DNA from: Candidatus Obscuribacterales bacterium
Lineage (GTDB): Bacteria > Cyanobacteriota > Vampirovibrionia > Obscuribacterales > Obscuribacteraceae
Reading direction: 5' to 3'
Assembly: GCA_965228855.1 (NCBI GenBank)
Contig: CBDDIJ010000002.1
Location: 1,472,001 to 1,536,000 of the forward strand
Length of the DNA stretch: 64,000 nt
Shown here: in pieces, positions 28,335 to 38,811 of the stretch
Layout of the letters: each line of letters begins with the position of its first letter
Numbering within the stretch: position 1 is the stretch's first letter
Position numbers and translations under genes: made by a program
The notes under the pieces: model-generated
What the model saw: only the letters and a program-made list of their open reading frames with translations
Told to the model about the DNA's origin: nothing
Databases searched by the model: none

Positions 28335-30518
28335 TTAGACCGTCGTTACCGGAATCTGTTTATCAGAACCGTTAGTGAGCTTTTCAAGATTGCTCAGGAA
28401 CGCACGAACCTCTCGTTCGCGGCGCTCCTGGTTTGCTTGCTGTGAGTCGCTTTCATGCTGGGCGTCGCTGTGAGACGCCTTGAGAATTGACCAGGAGCGC
28501 TGCAGACTGTTTGCCATCGGCAGATTGCCAACAAGCGAAAACAGATTGATAAAGTTCTGAATGACCGACATGTTTGCTTCGATCAACGCGAGGTCGGCCG
28601 GATTGAACGAACCGCTGTGAACTCTTCCTGCAATCGCGGTCGCCATGCTCAGTGCCTGGGATACGATTGCGTCTAGATTCGCTTTTTGTGGAACATTCGC
28701 AATCGTTTTACTGACAGATCCGTCCTTGGAAACCAAGGTGCCATCACGGTAGAGCACGGAACCATCGGCGAAGTAAACATCGTTTTTCGCATTGATTTTT
28801 GTGCCGTCCGGCAATTCGACGTCGCCTGAGTCGGCAATTTTAGAGCCGTTATTAAAAGTGACCACTCCATCTTTGCGAACAAAGTCGTCCGTCTTCATGT
28901 CGAAATTCGGGCTGTCCAAATCGATTGTGGTTTTCTTGCCATCCGTCTCGGTAACAAGTTCTCCGGTCGTCTGATCGAATGAAACTTTTCTGCTCGGATC
29001 ATCGACCGTGTAGCCCTTATCGGTCAAAATAGCGACAGTGTTGGTCTGCGGCTCGCCGCTTTCATTGGGTTTGTTTGGAGCCGTGGCGATTATTTTGTTG
29101 GTGCCATCGACGATTCGAACTTCTTGACCGTCACTGAATCTGAGCGTTTCGCCGTTCTCGAGAGCTTGCAACAGATGTTTGACGATTTGTGCTTTGGGAC
29201 CGAGCGTTTTCATCAGCCGCAATTTTTGTTCGTCCGATAGCTCCTTCACCGAATTGTCTTTCGAATCGAGAATATACATTTTTCCCTGCGGCGAACGCAA
29301 GAGCTCTTGCCCGTTTCCGATGTCCATGTGAACTTCGACACCATCTTTCGAGTATTTGTATTCGATAATTTTGTTCAGATCGGGGTGTACCAATGCCGCG
29401 CCATTTTTCATAGCTATGAATGCCGGTTTATCTTCGGGCAACTCGATACCACGCGCTTTGAGCTTAGCGAGAGCGTCTGCAACCGTATCAGCCGTAGTCT
29501 CGTGCAGTAGAGTCATGGTTTCATAGTATTGAACTGAATCAGTTTTTCCTGCGATCAAGAGTGTCTGTTCGCCGCGTTTTTGAACTAGAGTGCGACCGTC
29601 AGATGAGAATTCGCCTGCCTGAAAACCAAGCCCGGCGCCGTTCAAGCGATAAATGGCTTGACCGTCTTTCATCATGGTGCGGCTGCCGTCAGGGTTTGCA
29701 AATAACTGGGTTTGATTGCCTTTGTTTGAGTCCCCGATGATCGCAGTCAGGCGCCGATCGCCGGTGCCCTCGATTCGAACAGCTTTGAGCGGGTCAGTGT
29801 AAACCAATTTACCGTTTTCAACTTTGAGTTGCGGTTGAAATTCAGGTGGGACTGTTTTCAAAAACGGATCAGAGTCCGGGCGCGAAACTTTCGGTTGACG
29901 GTTTTCGTTTGCCATCTCACCTGGTGTCGTATGTGGTGCCGATGGTTTGGAAGTTTCGGGTTTCGCTGCTGCAACTTCCGTCGGTTTCACTCCTGCCGAA
30001 GAGGCGGTATCTGAGCCGCTAATCGAGCCGAAGATAAACTCTGTCGCGCTGATAAGTGCATCGGGAATATAACCGCTAACGTCCGAAGGTTTAGTGCTTT
30101 TATTATCGGTTTTCGGCGCATCTGGTCCGGTCGCGTTCATTTTCGCTGCGTCCGTTGTTCCCTCTTGCGACTGTTCCGCAGTTTTGTTTTCGCTTGACGA
30201 TTTTGCTGTTTCCGAAGTGCCCTGTGCCAGTTTTGCCATTGCAGATGTTGCTTGCAGTGGAAGGGTCACAAGGTTGGATAGAGTTGCCGTATTTGTCCAA
30301 TTTTCGGCCAGAGTTTTAGTAAGTTGGTTCAGGTCTGAGTCGGATGCCTTCGTAGCCTTCTTCTCGAGTTCAACCCAATTAGAGGTAAGTTTGGCTGTCT
30401 GGGAGCCAGATTTCTTCGCGTCAAAATGTGAGTCAACTGTGGAGTCGAGCACTTCAATCACCGAATAATTTTTCCGCCACGCAAGGGTATCTACACGCCG
30501 CAAATAATTGTTGGACAT
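28335..30518 (-). CDS. Large hypothetical protein (S/T-rich N-terminus, repeated DG beta-turn region, helical C-terminus)
   Basis: Long ORF. ATG at 30518 preferred because the tracked start at 30638 overlaps the divergent radical SAM gene. Confidence 0.65.
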   Translation of the reverse strand: MSNNYLRRVDTLAWRKNYSVIEVLDSTVDSHFDAKKSGSQTAKLTSNWVELEKKATKASDSDLNQLTKTLAENWTNTATLSNLVTLPLQATSAMAKLAQGTSETAKSSSENKTAEQSQEGTTDAAKMNATGPDAPKTDNKSTKPSDVSGYIPDALISATEFIFGSISGSDTASSAGVKPTEVAAAKPETSKPSAPHTTPGEMANENRQPKVSRPDSDPFLKTVPPEFQPQLKVENGKLVYTDPLKAVRIEGTGDRRLTAIIGDSNKGNQTQLFANPDGSRTMMKDGQAIYRLNGAGLGFQAGEFSSDGRTLVQKRGEQTLLIAGKTDSVQYYETMTLLHETTADTVADALAKLKARGIELPEDKPAFIAMKNGAALVHPDLNKIIEYKYSKDGVEVHMDIGNGQELLRSPQGKMYILDSKDNSVKELSDEQKLRLMKTLGPKAQIVKHLLQALENGETLRFSDGQEVRIVDGTNKIIATAPNKPNESGEPQTNTVAILTDKGYTVDDPSRKVSFDQTTGELVTETDGKKTTIDLDSPNFDMKTDDFVRKDGVVTFNNGSKIADSGDVELPDGTKINAKNDVYFADGSVLYRDGTLVSKDGSVSKTIANVPQKANLDAIVSQALSMATAIAGRVHSGSFNPADLALIEANMSVIQNFINLFSLVGNLPMANSLQRSWSILKASHSDAQHESDSQQANQERREREVRAFLSNLEKLTNGSDKQIPVTTV

Positions 30519-30629
30519 CCCGGCGAAAATTTTTTGACCCTCGTTAAAAAGAGGGGAAACGCCGGCATCGCGGATATACTGAAAATTAGAAGGGAGCGTT
30601 GTTTTAGATTGCAGAGTAGAGTAAGCGAT

Positions 30630-31793
30630 ATGAGCCAAAATGACGAGCGCTCGAACCTGGCTGGTGAAAGCGTTTCAGCAAAAGATATTTCGAAACTTAT
30701 TGATCCGCAGGACCTTCCGTTCACCGTGGCGGGAAAATACTTTCATGCACTCGAGGATGGCAGATTGCACTGTGATCTGTGCCCGCGCGCTTGTGTCCTC
30801 AAAGATGGGGATCGCGGATTTTGTTTTATCCGTCAAAATGTCGACGGACATATGTATTTGACGAGTTATGGACGGTCGACCGGATTCTGCGTTGATCCGA
30901 TCGAGAAAAAACCATTGAATCATTTTCTGCCGGGAACGAGCATCCTTTCTTTCGGTACTGCGGGTTGCAACCTTGGATGCCGTTTTTGTCAAAACTGGGA
31001 CATCAGTAAGTCCAGAGAGATTGAACGATTGAGCGAAAAAGCTACGCCTGAGAATATCGCTCTTGCGGCTCAGCGACTGGGTTGTCGCAGCGTGGCGTTT
31101 ACTTACAACGATCCTGTGATTTGGGCGGAGTATGCGATTGATACGGCTAAAGCCTGTCATGAACTTGGTTTGAAGGCTGTGGCAGTGACCGCAGGTTATA
31201 TAACGGATGAAGCTCGTCCGGAGTTTTACTCGGTCATGGATGCTGCAAACGTGGATCTAAAAGCTTTTACTGAGCGCTTCTACGAGAAGCTCACACTTTC
31301 ACAACTCGAGCCTGTATTGAAGACACTGAAGTGGCTCAAGCATGAGAGCGATGTCTGGTTTGAAATTACCAACCTGGTAATTCCGGAGGAGAACGATTCA
31401 AGTGAAGAGTTCAAGGCGATGTGCGATTGGATCGTGACAAATCTCGGAGATGAAGTTCCACTTCACTTCACCGCATTTCATCCGGATTTCAAGCTCACCC
31501 ACCGCGAGGCTACGCCGCCCAAAACGCTTTTGCGGGCGCGCGAGATTGCCGTCGCCGCTGGTATCAAATATGTTTATGTCGGTAACGTGGACGATACCAA
31601 ACATCAGAGCACGTACTGTCCGTCTTGCGGAGAAATGGTGGTCGAACGAAACTGGTACGAGCTTGGCAAGTTCAAAATAAAAAATGGCAAGTGTGAAAAG
31701 TGTAAAACCGATATTGCCGGTCTCTTCGAGAATGAGCGCGGTAACTGGGGACGGCGCCGATTGCCACTGTCCTTTGGTGGACCGGCGCGCTGA
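30630..31793 (+). CDS. amrS: AmmeMemoRadiSam system radical SAM enzyme
   Basis: 'CDLCPRAC', 'VDPIEKKPLNHFLPG', 'GCNLGCRFCQNWDIS', 'AFTYNDP' and 'YVYVGNV'. ATG at 30630 chosen. Confidence 0.92.
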   Translation: MSQNDERSNLAGESVSAKDISKLIDPQDLPFTVAGKYFHALEDGRLHCDLCPRACVLKDGDRGFCFIRQNVDGHMYLTSYGRSTGFCVDPIEKKPLNHFLPGTSILSFGTAGCNLGCRFCQNWDISKSREIERLSEKATPENIALAAQRLGCRSVAFTYNDPVIWAEYAIDTAKACHELGLKAVAVTAGYITDEARPEFYSVMDAANVDLKAFTERFYEKLTLSQLEPVLKTLKWLKHESDVWFEITNLVIPEENDSSEEFKAMCDWIVTNLGDEVPLHFTAFHPDFKLTHREATPPKTLLRAREIAVAAGIKYVYVGNVDDTKHQSTYCPSCGEMVVERNWYELGKFKIKNGKCEKCKTDIAGLFENERGNWGRRRLPLSFGGPAR

Positions 31794-31826
31794 TTTTACT
31801 ATGACTGGGGGAAGACAGGGCCTACA

Positions 31827-32213
31827 ATGGTGATACGTCGCTTTCGAGGTTCGGCTATGAAGTCTTTGGGTTTAGTTGCGTTGTTCGTGGCAAGCAGCCT
31901 CAGTTTCGGTTTCTGCTCGGATGCCGATGCGTCGAATCTATGCCAGGCGACTTTGATTGCGCAGGCTGCTGACTCTGAAGCTGCTGGCACCGGCGAAGTC
32001 TCTACTGACGCTCCGCACCTCGCCACTCCGGCTGCCAGCGAGGTAGAGGGCGAAAAGTATTCGGGGTTCAGGCAATTTCTTGAAGACCAGCAGAATGCCC
32101 ATGACAAGCTGATTGTCGATCGTTTTTTACTCGGAGTCGCTGTGATTTTTGCCTGTATTGCCGCTGCCTTGTTGTTCAGCTTGCCGCCGAAACCCCGTGA
32201 GCAGAAGGAATGA
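31827..32213 (+). CDS. Hypothetical exported protein with a C-terminal membrane anchor
   Basis: Signal-like N-terminus from 'MKSLGLVALF' and a C-terminal hydrophobic helix. Confidence 0.55.
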   Translation: MVIRRFRGSAMKSLGLVALFVASSLSFGFCSDADASNLCQATLIAQAADSEAAGTGEVSTDAPHLATPAASEVEGEKYSGFRQFLEDQQNAHDKLIVDRFLLGVAVIFACIAAALLFSLPPKPREQKE

Positions 32214-32221
32214 AGTAACTC

Positions 32222-32404
32222 GTGGTTGTGGAGAGCATAATCATGTTTGTTATGGGCGCCATCTTCGTGTATGGCGGCGCTGCTTTGACGTACAACGCCT
32301 TTGACGATGCTAAGAACGTCTTGGAGAGTTGCATATTCGGACTCGGCATTGTAACCGTTGGCATGACACTGATGGTTTGGGCGTTCACTGGTCCTCCAGG
32401 CTGA
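32222..32404 (+). CDS. Small two-TM membrane protein
   Basis: 60 aa with two hydrophobic helices; fills the gap in a co-oriented run. Confidence 0.55.
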   Translation: MVVESIIMFVMGAIFVYGGAALTYNAFDDAKNVLESCIFGLGIVTVGMTLMVWAFTGPPG

Positions 32405-32429
32405 TGATAAACTATGACCTTCTCGCGTC

Positions 32430-33266
32430 GTGCAGGCGACGTCCAGGCTTAAGAGGAGGAATGTTTCGATGGTCGTGATGAACAGTCAGAAGGGCGCACT
32501 TGCGTTGATGGCAGCAGTTGCTTTTGCCATTGGTGTGGCGTTTCCAGTAAACGCGGAAGAGAGTGGTAGCGCAGCAGCTGGCTCGCAATCGGGCGCCGCG
32601 AAGGACGCCAAAGAGACTAAGGAAACGAAATCCGCGGACGACGCCAAGGACAAGAAGGGCGCAAAGAAGAGTAAAACCGAAAAAGAAGACAACAGCACAG
32701 TTACGTTGCAAGAGAAACCAGGCGTAGGAGTCGGTCGCGAGGGCAACTGGAAGAAGCATGCACAGGGCGCTCCGTCATTGAAGACCGCTCGTAAAAAAGT
32801 GGAAGACAATCCGAAGAGCGCTGACGCTCACAACGATCTTGGGTGGGCACTTCGCCAGAACGGTAAGCTGGAAGAGGCTGAGAAAGAATTGCGCCAGGCT
32901 TTGCAGCTCGACGACACAATCGCGTACGGGCACTCCAACTTAAGCGTTGTACTGCTCGACACGAGTCGCGTAGGAGATGCTGTCAAAGAAGGTGAGCGGG
33001 CTGTAGCAATTGATGGAACCTCGCCAATCTACAGAGTCGTGTATGGCAACGCGCTCTCTGCCGACGGTAAGCTCGACGAAGCGATCGCGCAATACAACGA
33101 AGCAATCAAGCTCCGCGCTGATTATGAAAACGCGCTCTACAACCTTGGTCGCGTTCTTCACATGAAGGGTAAAAACGCTGAAGCTACAGCTGTTCTGAGT
33201 CAAGCACTCAAGCTCGATCCTAATGATCGTCGCGTCATGGACTTGATGGACAAGCTCGTTCAGTAA
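32430..33266 (+). CDS. Exported TPR-repeat protein
   Basis: Signal peptide ending 'VNA', then TPRs 'AHNDLGWALRQNGKLEEA' and 'ALYNLGRVLHMKGKNAEA'. The true start is probably one of the downstream ATGs after GAGGAGG. Confidence 0.85.
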   Translation: MQATSRLKRRNVSMVVMNSQKGALALMAAVAFAIGVAFPVNAEESGSAAAGSQSGAAKDAKETKETKSADDAKDKKGAKKSKTEKEDNSTVTLQEKPGVGVGREGNWKKHAQGAPSLKTARKKVEDNPKSADAHNDLGWALRQNGKLEEAEKELRQALQLDDTIAYGHSNLSVVLLDTSRVGDAVKEGERAVAIDGTSPIYRVVYGNALSADGKLDEAIAQYNEAIKLRADYENALYNLGRVLHMKGKNAEATAVLSQALKLDPNDRRVMDLMDKLVQ

Positions 33267-33429
33267 CCACGACTGTCTGAGTTGGAAACCTGTCTCACGG
33301 GAAGCTTAAAAGCTTCGTGAGCGTGAAGTATTTTGCGTTTTGGTGATTGCCAAGAGGGTGGGTTAAGAGTATATTCGTCTCTGTTGTGTTTTCGCGAGAT
33401 CTCGCCCCCTTACCATTGCAGGTGCAAAT

Positions 33430-33870
33430 ATGCCAAATACCAGACTGCGTTTTGCGCGGATTTCTCTTTCTGTTGTGCTTATGGCGTCGCTAACAGGACT
33501 AAATTTCGTTAGTGCTCCGGCGTTCGCTCAGAAGGAAACAAATGACGGTGTTACAGTTCAAAAGAATTCCGACGGATCTGTGGAAGCTTATGATGCAGGT
33601 GGTGCCGAAGAGCTAAGCGATGATGGTGGCGCCGGTGGTGCAGCACCCAATGATGGACGCGTCCACTATCGACCAGGTACATCTCCTTACCAGAAGAAGT
33701 TTTCGGATGGCACGACTGTGCGGAGAAACTCTGACGGGTCCATTGAAACCTGGGACGAAGGAGAAACTCAGCACATCAGTGGTGGCGGTGGAAGTGCGCA
33801 CCGGCGAACGGCGAAGAAGTCGACGAAAACCGTCACCAAGAAAAAGACGACTGCCGTGAAGAAGAAGTGA
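33430..33870 (+). CDS. Small secreted protein with two 'TV.+NSDGS.E..D.G' repeats and a Lys-rich tail
   Basis: Signal peptide ending 'AFA'; repeats 'TVQKNSDGSVEAYDAG' and 'TVRRNSDGSIETWDEG'. Confidence 0.7.
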   Translation: MPNTRLRFARISLSVVLMASLTGLNFVSAPAFAQKETNDGVTVQKNSDGSVEAYDAGGAEELSDDGGAGGAAPNDGRVHYRPGTSPYQKKFSDGTTVRRNSDGSIETWDEGETQHISGGGGSAHRRTAKKSTKTVTKKKTTAVKKK

Positions 33871-33876
33871 AATTGA

Positions 33877-33903
33877 AACAGGGGCGCTCATCACGCCCCT
33901 GTT
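33877..33903. terminator. Hairpin between convergent genes, probable terminator
   Basis: aacaggggcg-ctcatca-cgcccctgtt, a 10-bp inverted repeat. Confidence 0.6.
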
Positions 33904-33934
33904 CCCTCATGTAGCCCGAGTGTGCCCCAATTTG

Positions 33935-36604
33935 TTAGTGCATTGGGGTGATGAAAATCACTTCTGACAGACGGGTCAACGCTGATAGTTTGTCGAAGGC
34001 AATCATGCCGGTGACAGTGAACTTGGTGCCCTGAGCATTAAATGAAGAGACGTTCTCCAGCCCAGCTTTCTTCAGAAGCGCCAGGATCGCTTTTGATTCG
34101 CTGGAAACGGTCACTTTGACGAATACCTTGCCGTCTTTGATTGTCAAACCGGTAATGTGTCCGTTGTTCTTCTTCAATGCTTCCTGAATGCCGACAAGAC
34201 GGGGGTCTAGTTTCGCCGAGGGGGCGAATTCTTCAACCTTCATCTCCGGTTTCGCCTTTGCATCATCAGCTTCCTTATCGACTGCGAGGCTGTTGGCTGC
34301 AATGTTGCTGCTCTTCTTGTAGGCGTGCGCTTCCTGGCTTGGAGCGAGTTGAAGTCTGCGCGCCTGTCCCCAGCTCGACTGGCTCAGGGAGCCGCGAACG
34401 GAACCCGCTCCTGGTCCACCCAAATAAGCCGCATCAGCGGAGGCGTGAGAACCAGCGCCAGCTGCGCCATAGTATGCGGTTTTACCCGGTGCGAAGTTGA
34501 AACGTGCACCGCCGCCTCCAGCCCGTGTTGCTATCATTGGTGCTGCCGGCATCGAACTCATCGATTTACCGAACACGCCTTCGCGACTTACACCATCAGG
34601 CATTTCTACTGGAACCACCTGAAGAGTCGGCTTGCCGCCTTTGGTGACGTATTGCTCTTCGACCGCGACGAACGACGTGTACTGCGTCATGATATGGTGT
34701 TCCAGCGCCGTCGCAACGATCTCGTCTTTGATTTCTTTATTAGGCTTTCCGCTCTGCGCGCCGAACCAGTCTTCAGACATGAGCCGGTCTACTTTCGCGC
34801 GAGCCCAGATCGATGCGATACCAGGATTGGTGGCATTCAGTTCAGGCAGCACGAGATTGATTGTCTGCTTGTATGGTTGTCCGGCACGCATTCCCGATAA
34901 AGTTGCCGTCGCCTTTCCACCGCTCAAATATTTCCCCTTGATATAGAGCGGCTTTTGCGCCCAGACATCCGAGACGTCTTTGGGAAAGACTTCTTTCGTC
35001 TCCACGCCAGTTATGCTCACTTTTACATCAGTAAGTACAGGTGAAGAAATTCGGTCGTAGAATTTCTTTCCGACTACGCCAGGTTCCGAGTTGAGTAACA
35101 CGAATTCGGACTCACCACCGCCTTCTCTGGCGATTCCGTCTATGAGGAAACGGTTGACGCTGTTGCCTGTGCCAAACGGAAACCATCTTGATGCACCGCG
35201 GTGTTTCTTGACCAGACCAAGAATTTCCATATCATTGCCGACATATCCGTCGGTCATGAAGGTGACTATTCGCAATCTGTTTTTGTCAGCCGGTTGATTG
35301 AAAACAGCCTCGACAGCCGGTCCCATCCAGGTACCGCCGTTGGCTTGCAATCCTTCGATGAATCGTTTTGCTTCTGAGCGTGTTTGCTCGGAATTTGCGC
35401 GCGGACGTTCGAACAAATTGGTATTTCTGTTGTTGAACGAAATGATTTGGAAGGAATCGTTTGGATTCATGTGCTCGACAATGTATGTCAAGGTCTCTTT
35501 TGCCTTCTCCAACGGCTTGCCGGATTGGGACCCGGAGCAGTCAATTAAAAATATCATCTCCTTGGGTGCCACCGTTTCCGGTGTCACTCTCTTGGGCGGG
35601 ACGAGCATCATTGTGAAGTATCCGGCCTTATCAGTTTTTGATTTCTTGTAAGTCAGGTAGCCACTCTTGATGTCTTCGCCGGCGACATCCCACTTTAAAA
35701 CGAAGTCTTTGTTTGGGATTGTGTTTTTGTCGACCAAGGTGACAGTTGCGTTTTGATCGGATTGATTGGAAACGCTTACTTCGTGAAGCGCTGATTTAAT
35801 GTTGCTGATTGGTACGCCGCCGTTGATGTTGACGCTGATTGAAATGTCGTGGCCGGCTCTGGTTCCCTCTGGTGTCACTGGTGGTGTTATGCGCGACGCG
35901 TCGGGAACCTCCGTTGTGTCGTGCGACCAGCCCGTGCCTTGCTTACCGATTGCCGGTCCGGGATTGAATCTCGGTCCAACCACGGTGGGAAACGCGAATG
36001 TGTATTTGCCGTCCTCATATGGCAGAAGGTCGATGTACTGAATAGTTATCTCGACTTCTTTTCCAGGTTCGATATTTGCAACTGATTGAGTAAAAATATT
36101 CGGACGTTCTTGATCTAGCAAGGACGCCACATTACCGCGGGCTTTGGCAGCTTCATAGATCTGTTTCGCCTCTTCTTTCTTCTTGATAGTGCCGTGGATG
36201 GTGCGCTGTCCCACTTTCATTACCATGTCATCGACAGCACCTGTGTCGGATAGCGGGAAGGTGTAGACCGCTTCGATTTTTTCTTTATATGGATTGTGAA
36301 ACGTCTGTTTAACTGTCACTCTTGAAACATAGCCGGAAACATTCGCAGTAACGCTTGTGTGTTTCAGAGGGCACTGTCCTAGTTGCTTGCCACTCGATGC
36401 CATCGCGGTGAGCTGCCCGGAGCCCTGCCCTTTGAACGTATCTTGATTCGACTCTTGTTTGGAACCGGGGCTTGCTACCGCAATTCGGGTGCTACCTTGT
36501 GCCCACGTTACCGGACTGACAGCTCCCGACAGAAGAATGGACAGCATCCCACCGGAGGCGAGCAATCGTCGAGCTGTCGTCGTGTCGCCATTTAAAATTG
36601 CCAT
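33935..36604 (-). CDS. Exported VIT + VWA domain protein (inter-alpha-trypsin inhibitor-like)
   Basis: VIT 'VTVKQTFHNP...EAVYTFPL...NIFTQSVANI'; MIDAS 'DCSGSQ' and 'MTDG'; 'TQYTSFVAVE'. Confidence 0.92.
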   Translation of the reverse strand: MAILNGDTTTARRLLASGGMLSILLSGAVSPVTWAQGSTRIAVASPGSKQESNQDTFKGQGSGQLTAMASSGKQLGQCPLKHTSVTANVSGYVSRVTVKQTFHNPYKEKIEAVYTFPLSDTGAVDDMVMKVGQRTIHGTIKKKEEAKQIYEAAKARGNVASLLDQERPNIFTQSVANIEPGKEVEITIQYIDLLPYEDGKYTFAFPTVVGPRFNPGPAIGKQGTGWSHDTTEVPDASRITPPVTPEGTRAGHDISISVNINGGVPISNIKSALHEVSVSNQSDQNATVTLVDKNTIPNKDFVLKWDVAGEDIKSGYLTYKKSKTDKAGYFTMMLVPPKRVTPETVAPKEMIFLIDCSGSQSGKPLEKAKETLTYIVEHMNPNDSFQIISFNNRNTNLFERPRANSEQTRSEAKRFIEGLQANGGTWMGPAVEAVFNQPADKNRLRIVTFMTDGYVGNDMEILGLVKKHRGASRWFPFGTGNSVNRFLIDGIAREGGGESEFVLLNSEPGVVGKKFYDRISSPVLTDVKVSITGVETKEVFPKDVSDVWAQKPLYIKGKYLSGGKATATLSGMRAGQPYKQTINLVLPELNATNPGIASIWARAKVDRLMSEDWFGAQSGKPNKEIKDEIVATALEHHIMTQYTSFVAVEEQYVTKGGKPTLQVVPVEMPDGVSREGVFGKSMSSMPAAPMIATRAGGGGARFNFAPGKTAYYGAAGAGSHASADAAYLGGPGAGSVRGSLSQSSWGQARRLQLAPSQEAHAYKKSSNIAANSLAVDKEADDAKAKPEMKVEEFAPSAKLDPRLVGIQEALKKNNGHITGLTIKDGKVFVKVTVSSESKAILALLKKAGLENVSSFNAQGTKFTVTGMIAFDKLSALTRLSEVIFITPMH

Positions 36605-36787
36605 AGTTTGTACCTCAAACTTTTACGCGCAGATGCCTGCGACTTCTAATAAAAGCCTACAGAGGTGGATGGCAATGCAACACAGGGTGATCCCTAGGGC
36701 GACGTTGGGTGGGTCACTGGAAAAGGTCCCAACTCTTTTTCAAATTCCGTACGTGGCAACCCTGAGATCTAGGAGGCTCTGCTTCAC

Positions 36788-37741
36788 CTATTGGCGCCCA
36801 AGTCTCAGCGCCACAATCTTGAAGCGCTGTTTCTCGCGGTCGAAAACAGGCTTGCCTTCCACTCCGGCGCCCCAGATTAGTGCACTGTCATAGCCGTTGT
36901 GAATGATATGGATTGTTCCAGGTTCGTCTTTCCAGTCATCCGGCATTTTGTTTCGCCACTGATTTGCCTGAGTGAAGGAAATGTTCGGGTCGGTCGTTAT
37001 TTTGATGCGCACTGAATGTGGTGGCGTTGCTGTTCCAAGCTGATTGGATTTAAACGGAGACGATGGATTGTGAAGTGGTTGTTCCGGAGGCGTGGAACCC
37101 ACTGTGCTAGCCGCTTTTCCTGCGAACGCCGCATAAGGACTGGTCATGGGAGAACCGGTTTGTACAACTCTTACACCGCCAGGCAACTCCTTTTGTTGAG
37201 AGAGAACCGCTTGCAGTTGTTTATCATCCGTGGAGTTCTGGTGCGGGTTTCCAGTATTCGAAACAGATGTATTCGGCGCGTTCGAAACCGTCGTTTGATT
37301 GGCCTGTTGAACGAGGGATTTCAACGAGTTGTTTGCTGTGGCGCCTGCGAAGAGATCTTCTTCGGAAACTTTTTCGCTGCTGGTTGTCGGTCCTCTAAAG
37401 ATAGGATTGTCTGCGTAAGGATTTTCGGCTACCAGCTGTCCCAGGCGATCAGCCAGACGAGCCGATTCCGAGCGGCTTAACGCAAGCGGGTCTTTTTGAG
37501 AACGGGATCGCATTCGATGCGATAGAACTTTTTTCAAGTCTTTTGCGACCAGGTCGATCTCTTGAAGCATTACGTCGTCTGCCTTTTGCGCAGCGATGAC
37601 TGCTTCTCTCATGTCTTTCAGGGCGACTAGTTGCAGTATTCTGAAATTTTTCGATGCGCACGCCGCCGGATCTGTCGTTGAAGATATCGACAGGGACAGC
37701 ATAGTTGCGATCAGCGTATATGTTTTAAGTCTGGACATCAA
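36788..37741 (-). CDS. Hypothetical secreted protein
   Basis: 317-aa ORF with a signal-like N-terminus and low-complexity middle. Confidence 0.6.
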   Translation of the reverse strand: MMSRLKTYTLIATMLSLSISSTTDPAACASKNFRILQLVALKDMREAVIAAQKADDVMLQEIDLVAKDLKKVLSHRMRSRSQKDPLALSRSESARLADRLGQLVAENPYADNPIFRGPTTSSEKVSEEDLFAGATANNSLKSLVQQANQTTVSNAPNTSVSNTGNPHQNSTDDKQLQAVLSQQKELPGGVRVVQTGSPMTSPYAAFAGKAASTVGSTPPEQPLHNPSSPFKSNQLGTATPPHSVRIKITTDPNISFTQANQWRNKMPDDWKDEPGTIHIIHNGYDSALIWGAGVEGKPVFDREKQRFKIVALRLGRQ

Positions 37742-37806
37742 AAGAGCACCGCGTGTGTCTAGTGTACGGTGCTCTCGATGTTTGGTGTGATGTTCGGAAT
37801 TAAAAA

Positions 37807-38052
37807 CTAATGTGCGCGGACCTTACCCTCTTCGAGGTCTTCGATCCAGTTGTGAGGCACTTCCACTCGGTCTGTGCCTTCCATCAGGGCGCGTTCTTTC
37901 AGGTCCCAGAGATATTCAAAGAGACCAGCTCGTTCAAGCGTCCTGTGTGATGTATAAATCTTGTTGAGTCGCTCTTTCAGCGCGTTCACTTCTACTGAAA
38001 CGAGTTTGCTGTCTTTTTCTTTGGCGGCAAGCGACGAATAAGAATTGCCCAT
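37807..38052 (-). CDS. Small hypothetical protein
   Basis: 81 aa, GGGAGAG SD before the ATG, protein-like composition. Confidence 0.65.
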   Translation of the reverse strand: MGNSYSSLAAKEKDSKLVSVEVNALKERLNKIYTSHRTLERAGLFEYLWDLKERALMEGTDRVEVPHNWIEDLEEGKVRAH

Positions 38053-38199
38053 GGTGGACTCTCCCCGAAAGCGATTTTGTATGTTCTTCTTCTTCTATTC
38101 CCTGGCGATTAAAGAATTCACAGAAGAGCTGCATGTCAAGTGATTAAACGTGTGTCTTGGCAACGGCGCGTTGTGTGGATTGTTTGAAAAACAGGCAAC

Positions 38200-38228
38200 A
38201 AAAAAGCCCGGTATCAACTGCCGAGCTT
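38200..38228 (-). terminator. Intrinsic terminator downstream of rpsU
   Basis: On the minus strand, GCTCGG...CCGGGC stem followed by T6. Confidence 0.7.
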
Positions 38229-38297
38229 GATTTCAGAATGAGGTTTAAACCGAATCACAGCCCCAGAGGACTGCAGACTGTTTCAACAGAACCGCAA

Positions 38298-38471
38298 TTA
38301 CGAACGACGCTTGCGTGCTGCTTCAGCTTTGCGTTTTCTTTTTACTGAGGGTTTCTCATAACGCTCACGGCGTTTGATCTCTGACAAGATGCCAGCCTTC
38401 TGAATCTTCTTCTTGAAGCGCTTCAGAGCCTGTTCGATGCTCTCTCCCTCTGCAACTCTAACTTCCGACAA
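38298..38471 (-). CDS. rpsU: 30S ribosomal protein S21 (57 aa, TTG start; absent from the ORF track)
   Basis: Manual translation [64 protein letters not shown] upstream. Confidence 0.97.
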   Translation of the reverse strand: MSEVRVAEGESIEQALKRFKKKIQKAGILSEIKRRERYEKPSVKRKRKAEAARKRRS

Positions 38472-38811
38472 GGGTCCTCCCCCCTGGATTTACCAGAAAA
38501 CGATCTATCCGCCGCTTGCGCGGCTCCACTGTACCGTCGGCAAAGCAACATACACTTACCTATGGTCGTTGCCATATTATCACGCGATGCTGAGTCCTAA
38601 CAATCGCCCTTGGGCTGAACGAGGACATTGCTTAACGATCAAAACATAGCTGAAAGACGGCTTGGCGCGAGCGTCCTCGGTGACAATGCTTGCGTTAGTA
38701 GCGTTTTATTCCCACTCCGTTCGGCTGATAACGTTATCCTTAGAGGCTTTCCGGAAACTAGTGGTCGTTTACAATCGCAGCTTTCAGACGAAAACACGCC
38801 CCATTCACTGT

